Below the pieces are notes generated by a model. The model saw only the letters and a program-made list of their open reading frames with translations. It made no database searches and was not told the origin of the DNA. Both the position numbers and the translations under genes were made by a program. 64,000 nt of DNA. Origin: an uncultured Acidimicrobiaceae bacterium. Its GTDB lineage: Bacteria > Actinomycetota > Acidimicrobiia > Acidimicrobiales > RAAP-2. Location of the stretch: contig CAVYNC010000004.1 of assembly GCA_963769775.1 (NCBI GenBank), positions 95,134-159,133 on the forward strand, given 5' to 3'. This document shows, in pieces, positions 57,743-64,000 of the stretch (position 1 is its first letter; every line of letters starts with the position of its first letter).

Positions 57743-58714
57743 TCAGGGGGCGGCGCCGGAAGCAGGGAGCGGGCCGTCAGCGGACGCGGCCAGGTCGTAG
57801 TACACCGACGACATACTGCCGTTGCCGAACTTCACCGCGGTGCGGCGGTCCGGCCTGAACGAGTAGTAGTTGGGCTCGATGTCGCCAGGACAGTAGTGCC
57901 CGACCAGGCTTCGACGTGTGGTCGTGCGGTCGACCACCGGCGCGCCACCATGCGCGAGGTCGGCCGACCAGATGAGGACGTCCCCCTTCTTCGGCCGGAA
58001 GGTCCGGAGTGGGAGGCCCATCCGCTCGCTCTCCGTGTGCAGCCGCCGTGCCCAGTCATCGTGCTGCTCAGGACCGTCCCGCTCGGAGTTCCAGTGCTTG
58101 TAGGCACCGCTGAACAGGTACTCGGGCAGACGGTGGCTTCCCTCGTAGTACTGCAGCTCGCCGCTCTCGGGAACCACGTCCTCGAGTGCGATCCACGACG
58201 CCGCCAGCTCCAGCGGAGAGCTCACGACCACGTATGCGGTGTCCTGGTGGATGCCCTGCTCACTGCCGGCCTCGAATGTCAGGCTCTGGAAGAGGAGCGG
58301 CTCGTCGTCGAACACGATGGTGAGGAACCGGATGATGGAGGGAGCAAAGAGGAGCTGGCGGGCCAGCGGGCGGACTGCGAAGATGTCGATCACCCGGTTG
58401 GTCGCCGGTGACGTGCCCGCCGGGATCGGGCGCCCGTTGTGGTCTCCGGGGGTCTGCATGAGCACGTCGTCCGCCCCGTCCGACCAGAGGGCGGCCACCT
58501 CGGCCCCGAAGGCGTCACAGAGCTCCGGGTCCACCGCCCCCTCGAGGATCACGTACCCGTCGGAGATCCACCTCTCCAGTCGTGCCGCGTCGGTGGCGTC
58601 GATGCTGCCTGCCCCCAACCGGCGTGCGATCTCGGTTTCGGCATCCGATCGGTCGGTCCACAAACCACCGAACCGGCTGAACGTGGACGCACTGCTCGTG
58701 GGAGAGGATGCCAT
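57743..58714 (-). CDS. phytanoyl-CoA dioxygenase (PhyH) family Fe(II)/2-oxoglutarate oxygenase
   Basis: 323 aa from ATG 58714 in ORF 57743..59176. Contains GIHQDTAY (HxD) and SADLAHGG (distal His). Confidence 0.8.
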   Translation of the reverse strand: MASSPTSSASTFSRFGGLWTDRSDAETEIARRLGAGSIDATDAARLERWISDGYVILEGAVDPELCDAFGAEVAALWSDGADDVLMQTPGDHNGRPIPAGTSPATNRVIDIFAVRPLARQLLFAPSIIRFLTIVFDDEPLLFQSLTFEAGSEQGIHQDTAYVVVSSPLELAASWIALEDVVPESGELQYYEGSHRLPEYLFSGAYKHWNSERDGPEQHDDWARRLHTESERMGLPLRTFRPKKGDVLIWSADLAHGGAPVVDRTTTRRSLVGHYCPGDIEPNYYSFRPDRRTAVKFGNGSMSSVYYDLAASADGPLPASGAAP

Positions 58715-58893
58715 GAGGAGGCCCTTTCTTCTGCTGCTGTGGCTGCTGCTGTGGCTCGTGCTGTGACCCGGTGCCGGAGTGCCGGGACGGGTCGGGCAAC
58801 GCAACGCGTCGCACCTGCCGGAGTGGATGGTAGGGCCGATCAGCCGTCGGTGTCTCATCCCCTGGCCAATGCGCACCGGGGTCACTGCCTGGC

Positions 58894-59815
58894 CTAGCTC
58901 TTCGCCCGGAGCTCGGCCAGGCGGGGGAGCACCTCTTCGGCCAACGAGGTGAGCTGTCGGCGCACGTCGGCCCGGGTGATGCCCGGGAGGTGGACCCGGA
59001 GATTGAGGGCGTCCGCTCCGGTCGCGAGGCCGATCGCGTGCAGGCGTTCGGCCAGCGCCGAGGCCTCGGTCGCCGTGACCGTCTGGTCGGGCGCCGCCAG
59101 GGTCCTCTCTCCCGCGTAGCTCCCATAGACCGCCCGCTGCCGAGCCACCGCCTCGGCCCTCGGCTCGCCGAGCCACACCCTCCGGATCACGACTTTCGGT
59201 CCGGTGCCGCCGGCGGCGGCGTAGGCATCACAGATCGACCGCACCCGCTCCACCGTCGACATGCCCTCGGTCAGGATCCCGGCACCGCACCCGGCGGCAC
59301 GGCGGGCCGCACCGGTCGAGACGGCCGCGCTCAGTACGGGGATCGGGCTGTCTGCACACCTGCGCAGCGCCGGATCACCCTGGAGGCCACCGAGCTCGCG
59401 CCCCTGGAGCATGGCGACGATCGTGGGCAGCCGGGTCTTGAACAGCGACACGGCCTCCTCGAGCGGGACACCCATCGCCTCGAAGTCGAGCGGGAGCGCA
59501 CCGGCGGCAACGCCGAGGCCCACCCGCCCCGGGTGGCGGGCGTCGAGCCAGGCGATCTCCTCGGCGATCTGTGCGGTCGGCCGGAGCGGCAGGAGCAGTG
59601 GACAGGGAGCGGCCCAACCCGATGGGTTCTCCTCGAGGACGAACGACGCGATCTGCAGCGGGTTGGGGAGATACCCGGCGAAGCCCCCGTGGTGCTCGCT
59701 GGTCATCACACCGTCGAACCCACCGGCAAGGGCGAGCGCAGCCTGGTCACAGAGCTCGCGCGACCACGCCCGGAGCGTCGAGCTCGTTGTGGGGATACAG
59801 CCGGAGCGAAACCGA
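58894..59815 (-). pseudogene. LLM-class (luciferase-like) flavin/F420-dependent oxidoreductase, N-terminal frame break as assembled
   Basis: ORF 58894..59709 starts MMTSEHHGGF. The upstream piece SLRLYPHNELDAPGVVAR lies in another frame, joining near 59750. The exact start was not found. Confidence 0.7.
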
Positions 59816-59841
59816 GCCTGCGGCGAACGGTGCGCCGGCCG

Positions 59842-60690
59842 TCACCGGGGTCCCGCCGTCGGCGCCCCACCCGGCTGTCCGATCGCCGACGGGCTGAAGG
59901 GTGACCAGGAGCCGGTCGAGACGTGATTCCCTGCGTCGACGTCGAGGAGCACACCGGTGATCGACGCGGCCTCGTCGGAGAGCAGGAACGCGACAGCGGC
60001 GGCGACGTCGTCGACCTCGGTCATCCGCCCGAGGAGCAGGTTGGCGCCCGCGGCCCGTCCGTCGTCGCCCTCCCACATGGCACGGGTGCCATTGGTACGG
60101 GTCAGTCCCGGGCTCACCGCGTTGACCCGTACGCCCCTCGCGCCGAGATCGTTGGCGAGCGTGCGGGTCAGCGCATTGAGCGCCGACTTGGCCGCGGCGT
60201 AGGCCGCCATCGACGGTGTCGTCTTCTTCGGGGACCCGCTCGAGATGTTGACCACGGCTCCACCGCCGTCGGCCAGCCCGCGGGCCATCGCCGCCTGGAT
60301 GAGCGCCACCGCCGGCCATGTATTGAGGGCCACCGCACCGAGGAAGTCGGAACGGCCCATCGAAAGCGCCGAGCCCACGAACGACGCTCCCCCGACGGCG
60401 TTGACCAGGAGGTCGATGCGGCCGAAGCGAGAGATCGCGGTCTCGACCAGCAGACCCGGAACGGATTCCTCGTCGGCCGCTCCGGGAAAGGCCACCACGG
60501 CGAGCCCTTCGTTCTGCAACGCGAGTTCGGTCGCCCGCAGCCGACCCTCGGACCGGGCGTTGATGATCACCGACGCGCCTTCCAGGGCCAGCCGGCGGGC
60601 CGACGCCGTGCCGATACCCGGATCGGTCGACGCGCCGGTAACGATGGCGACCTTCCCGTCGAACCGGTGCCCGAACGTTCGCTCGTCCAC
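59842..60690 (-). CDS. SDR-family oxidoreductase
   Basis: 282-aa ORF with KVAIVTGASTDPGIG, NAVG, and YAAAKSAL (YxxxK). Confidence 0.85.
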   Translation of the reverse strand: MDERTFGHRFDGKVAIVTGASTDPGIGTASARRLALEGASVIINARSEGRLRATELALQNEGLAVVAFPGAADEESVPGLLVETAISRFGRIDLLVNAVGGASFVGSALSMGRSDFLGAVALNTWPAVALIQAAMARGLADGGGAVVNISSGSPKKTTPSMAAYAAAKSALNALTRTLANDLGARGVRVNAVSPGLTRTNGTRAMWEGDDGRAAGANLLLGRMTEVDDVAAAVAFLLSDEAASITGVLLDVDAGNHVSTGSWSPFSPSAIGQPGGAPTAGPR

Positions 60691-60790
60691 TGCTCTCCTC
60701 CTGCCCGCCGTCTCCCCTGCGGCCGCTGCACGGACCCGCTCCGGCCCGGGTGAACCTACCGGGGATCCGACGGCGCCGGGGAGAACGCGG

Positions 60791-61712
60791 TCAGACGATC
60801 GGGCCGGCGTCCTCCACGTGGACGAGCTTCTCCGGGTTGCGCATCACCCAGACCGCACCCACCGACTCTCCACGGACGTCGAAGGACAGGACCGTGTCGG
60901 GCACGCCACAGAGGCGGACCACGAACCCTGGGCTGCCGTTGACGACGATCGGCTCCACCGTGGATTCCGCGGTCAGACGTCTGGAGAGGCTGAGCAGGAC
61001 CCGCGCCACGTGCAGCGGTCCCACGATCGGGCGTCGGGCAGCCGGCCGGCCACTCCCCGCGTCCGAGATGTACGTCACGTCCGGAGCCAGGAGGCCGACC
61101 AGCGACGCAAGGTCCCCGGCCAACGAGCGCGTCGACCATGCGCTCGACCACAGGGTGGTGCCCGTCAGGGGTCACGGTCGGATCCGCGGTCCGGAGCCGG
61201 CGGCGGGCCCGGCTGGCGATCTGTCGGCATGCCTCCGCAGAGCGCCCAACCGACGCTCCGATCTCCGGAAAGGGCACGTCGAAGACATCGGCCAGGACAA
61301 TCACCGCTCGCTCGACCGGGGTGAGCTCGTCGAGCAGGGTGAGGAAGGCCAGGGTGAGCGACTCGGTGAGCTCGGCAAGCTGCTCCGGACCGGGGGAGGT
61401 GACCAGCGGCTCGGGAAGCCAGGGCCCGCGGTAGGTCTCCCTCCGCCTCGCTCGCTGGCGGAGCCGATCGATCGACAGCCGGGTGACCACCGTCGTGAGC
61501 CAGGCGGGCGGCGAGTCGATCTCTCCCGGGCCGGTCCGCAGGAAGCGGGCAACGCTCTCCTGGACGATGTCGTCGGCATCGTTGAGGCTCCCGGTCATCC
61601 GATAGGCGAGGCCCCGCAATCGGGGTCGCTGCTCCTCGAAGAGGGCGGCCGCGGGCTCTGCAGGACCGCCGCCGGTGCCGCTTCCGTCGTCGTTGCCAGC
61701 GGAACGGTTCAC
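60791..61712 (-). pseudogene. ECF sigma-70 factor, SigJ-like with a SnoaL-like C-terminal domain, one frameshift as assembled
   Basis: GTG 61712 (GTGA overlap with the upstream stop). Region 2: FEEQRPRLRGLAYRMTGSLNDADDIVQES. Region 4: LTPVERAVIVLADVFDVPFPEIGASVGRSAEACRQIASRARRRL. The C-terminal ORF 60791..61123 joins near 61130. Confidence 0.8.
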
Positions 61713-62941
61713 CGGCACAAGGTGGCCGCGGCCAGTCCGGCGTCGTGCCCGCTCTTGAGCGCGGCGTCGGCGAGCAGGCCCTCGGGACCGATCCAGTCCC
61801 CGGCGAGAAACACCCCCGGGAGTCCCGACGCGTCGATGCCGGGGCGACCGGCCATGCCGCCGTGCTCCGGTCCGGGTGTCCCCCCGCTCACCGTCATCGA
61901 GGCCAGGAAACGGCTGGTGCACACGTCGTCCGGGTCGACACCGGCGAGCGCGACCAGCGACTCGAGCTCCGGCCGGTCCTCGGTCGCCGAACGGGCGCCA
62001 TATCGGATCGCGCCCACCACCGCTCCCGGTGCGGGCGCCTGTGCACCGGGGGGCGACTGCACGGTGACGTACATCGGGCCGTCGGCGTCGACGACGTAGC
62101 CCGGCGACGGAACCCTGCTCGTCACGAGGTCGAGGCAGGCCGCGGTCACCGGCGGCCCCGCCGACTCCCAACACTGTCCGCCGAGGAGCGTGGACATCGT
62201 GGCCGGCGTCCCTGTGGCCAGCACGACCGAGCGGGCCCGGACGACGGTCGAACCGGTCCCCAGCTCGAATCCTCCCGGTGTCGGCTCGAGCGAGGTGCCG
62301 GCGACCCCGGCTCGCACCTCGACCCGCTCAGCGAGTGCCGAGTAGATCGTCGACCATCCGCCACGGACGTAGAGCACACCACCCAGGGCCGCGAGCTGGA
62401 ACTGCCGGATCGCTGCGTCGGCGGACAGTGCGTCGGTGTCGGATGCGTAGGTGCTGAGACGGAGGAGCGCACGGACGACGGCGTCCACCCTCGGGGCGAG
62501 CTCCCGGCGATCGAGCCATGCTCCGATGGAGAGGGTGGCGACGCTCGCGGGTCGGGTTGAGCCCATGCGGACGAACACGCCGGTCAGCGCCGCCTTGTCC
62601 CCAGCGCCAAGTGCGGACGTGCGGAGCAGCGTCGACGGTCCGGTCGGGAGCGCGTGGAGCATCCCTCCGAGGCGCACCTGATAGTCCGAGACCGGCGGCG
62701 GCGTCCCGGGCGGGTCGATGCCGAGCGCCCGCAGGACGCTCCGGCCGGCCCCCCTGCGGTAGAGCGCGTGGGCGCCCATGTTCAGGGTCGCATCGCCGCG
62801 CCGCACCACCCTCGCCCTCCCACCGGTCTGGTGCGCCTCGAGTACGACGGTCGAGCAGCCCCGGGCGACCGCCGTCGCCCCGGCCGCGAGCCCGGCCATT
62901 CCCGCTCCTACGACTGCGACGTCCCACACGTGATCTGTCAT
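61709..62941 (-). CDS. NAD(P)/FAD-dependent oxidoreductase (phytoene-desaturase-like)
   Basis: 410 aa from ATG 62941, with WDVAVVGAGMAGLAAG and C-terminal GVFLAGDW. Translationally coupled to the sigma gene. Confidence 0.8.
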   Translation of the reverse strand: MTDHVWDVAVVGAGMAGLAAGATAVARGCSTVVLEAHQTGGRARVVRRGDATLNMGAHALYRRGAGRSVLRALGIDPPGTPPPVSDYQVRLGGMLHALPTGPSTLLRTSALGAGDKAALTGVFVRMGSTRPASVATLSIGAWLDRRELAPRVDAVVRALLRLSTYASDTDALSADAAIRQFQLAALGGVLYVRGGWSTIYSALAERVEVRAGVAGTSLEPTPGGFELGTGSTVVRARSVVLATGTPATMSTLLGGQCWESAGPPVTAACLDLVTSRVPSPGYVVDADGPMYVTVQSPPGAQAPAPGAVVGAIRYGARSATEDRPELESLVALAGVDPDDVCTSRFLASMTVSGGTPGPEHGGMAGRPGIDASGLPGVFLAGDWIGPEGLLADAALKSGHDAGLAAATLCR

Positions 62942-63015
62942 GCCACCTCTGACGCCCGGAGCCAAGCAACTGTGACACGGTGACCCGGCGACACGGTGAG
63001 TCGCCGACCTTTCGC

Positions 63016-64000
63016 TCAGCGGGCCGGGACCGCCACCCCGCCCGCCGCGGGAAGGCCGTCCCGGTAGCGGACCTCGCGGTGTCGCACCGACGGGACCCGC
63101 GGACACTCGAGCACACCCCCGGTCAGATTGAGCGGATCGGCGCCGGCCACCGAGACCTCGGCACCCCGTGAGGGGTCCCTTCGGACGTCCGCGAGCAGCG
63201 CGGCCGCGTCCGGTGACGCGTACTGCTCCCCGGAGAGCCCGGCCACGAAGCGCCCGCCCAACGCCTGGCCCCGGGCCTCCAGACGCCGCAGGGCGCGGAT
63301 CACGTCGCGCCAGGGGACCCGGTACGACTCCCTCGCCCAGAGCTCCCAGCACACCACGCCCCATCTGGCCAGCAGCTGCCAGGCCACCGCCTCGGCCAGC
63401 TCCTCGGCCGGCGGTCCGGTGACCGAACCTCCGGCCGACCGGTCCGGATCGGGCAACAGCGACCACCGTCCCTCGCCCACGCCCGTGCCGATCGCGGCGT
63501 GCCGGCGCCCGAGGCCCGCCCGGCGGGTCGCCGCCCGCCCGCGACCCGGGGCGCGGCGCGTGGCGGACGACAGCAGGGAACGGACCGCCGAGTAGGCATC
63601 GGCGGTCACCAGCCCGCGGGCGACCAGGTCCCAGAGACCCTCATCGGCATCGGTGCCGAGCCTGCCGGTCGCCGGCGCCAGCTCGGACCGGAAGCACGCG
63701 CCCCGCTCGCGGAGGAGGGCCAGCACCTCGGCCGCCGCCCCGTGGGTCGGCTCGCCGGGGCCCTCTCCGGTGCGCACCGCGGCCAGCATCCAGGGCATGT
63801 CCTCGCGGGTCACGATGGCCAGGGGGGTGGCCGGCGAGGGTGTCGCCGATCCGCGCCGGGCCGCGGGCTCCTCACCTGCTCCGTCCCCGGCGGCACCCTG
63901 TTCGGGGCGCGGCGTCAGCCGTCCCCAGGTCACCTCGCCGGAGAGGCACAGCTCGTCGAGCCAGCGCGGGTCGTACCCGGCCACCCGCGACGGCAGCACC
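63016..64000 (-). CDS. lhr: ATP-dependent helicase Lhr, C-terminal region (partial; continues beyond the window)
   Basis: The ORF is open to the window edge: YDPRWLDELCLSGEVTWGRL...ACFRSELA...WDLVARGLVTADAYSAVRSLL...VPWRDVIRALRRLEARGQALGGRFVAG. Confidence 0.6.
   Translation of the reverse strand, partial: VLPSRVAGYDPRWLDELCLSGEVTWGRLTPRPEQGAAGDGAGEEPAARRGSATPSPATPLAIVTREDMPWMLAAVRTGEGPGEPTHGAAAEVLALLRERGACFRSELAPATGRLGTDADEGLWDLVARGLVTADAYSAVRSLLSSATRRAPGRGRAATRRAGLGRRHAAIGTGVGEGRWSLLPDPDRSAGGSVTGPPAEELAEAVAWQLLARWGVVCWELWARESYRVPWRDVIRALRRLEARGQALGGRFVAGLSGEQYASPDAAALLADVRRDPSRGAEVSVAGADPLNLTGGVLECPRVPSVRHREVRYRDGLPAAGGVAVPAR

Noticed and set aside
58715-59176. N-terminal extension of the PhyH ORF (His/Ser/Arg-rich, includes a CAGCAG-type repeat at about 58725-58765).
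   Set aside because: The composition is low-complexity and overlaps the 3' end of the upstream LLM gene. ATG 58714 has an AAAGGG RBS-like element 8-9 nt upstream and gives a normal-length PhyH protein.

Overview
High-GC (roughly 70% by eye) actinobacterial chromosome segment. Lineage markers are mycothiol mshA, Ni-SOD sodN/sodX, rex and a 14-gene nuo operon; an Acidimicrobiia-like origin is only a guess. Layout: (1) 0.2-6.5 kb holds ion-transport/acid-stress genes: ClC channel, a K-channel-like membrane protein, glutamate decarboxylase, Na+/H+ antiporter. (2) 6.5-22.7 kb holds the complete nuoA-N operon on the minus strand. (3) 22.9-26.4 kb holds a geranylgeranyl-reductase-family gene and a long proline-rich membrane protein. 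(4) 26.6-39.0 kb is an uninterrupted minus-strand run hemL-hemB-hemD-cobA-hemC-hemA-rex-DUF62-proC-ybjN-like-mshA-XRE-RsiG-like-sodX, divergent from sodN. (5) 39.6-43.4 kb holds a TraR/DksA zinc-finger gene, a class-V aminotransferase, a YVTN lipoprotein and a GNAT. (6) tRNA-Lys(UUU) at 43482-43554 is followed by a ~14 kb IS-rich, visibly lower-GC island. It carries an IS66-like element, ISL3, IS110 interrupted by IS3, a 42-aa-repeat beta-propeller, Rieske oxygenase/TetR, DUF1801, GNAT, a MerR-PP2C fusion and a diiron protein, and it ends at a 43-bp copy of the tRNA 3' half (57641-57683). (7) 57.7-64 kb holds a PhyH dioxygenase, LLM oxidoreductase, SDR, SigJ-like ECF sigma, FAD oxidoreductase and an Lhr helicase C-terminus. 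No rRNA or CRISPR was seen. Many conserved genes need +/-1 frame corrections, roughly 50-60 by eye. These are strongly clustered at 12-24 kb and 39.2-43.4 kb, with none in 26.6-39.0 kb. I label such genes pseudogene (frame broken as assembled) but suspect assembly indels. I did not find a convincing complete novel multi-gene system such as a defence locus. The most interesting items are the tRNA-Lys island, a two-motif RsiG-like c-di-GMP anti-sigma candidate coupled to an XRE regulator, a MerR-PP2C fusion, repeat arrays in the sodX/sodN control region, a Rex-box-like palindrome at nuoA, and a repeat-bearing extension at the nuoI/nuoJ junction. All coordinates of frame joins are hand-derived and approximate.
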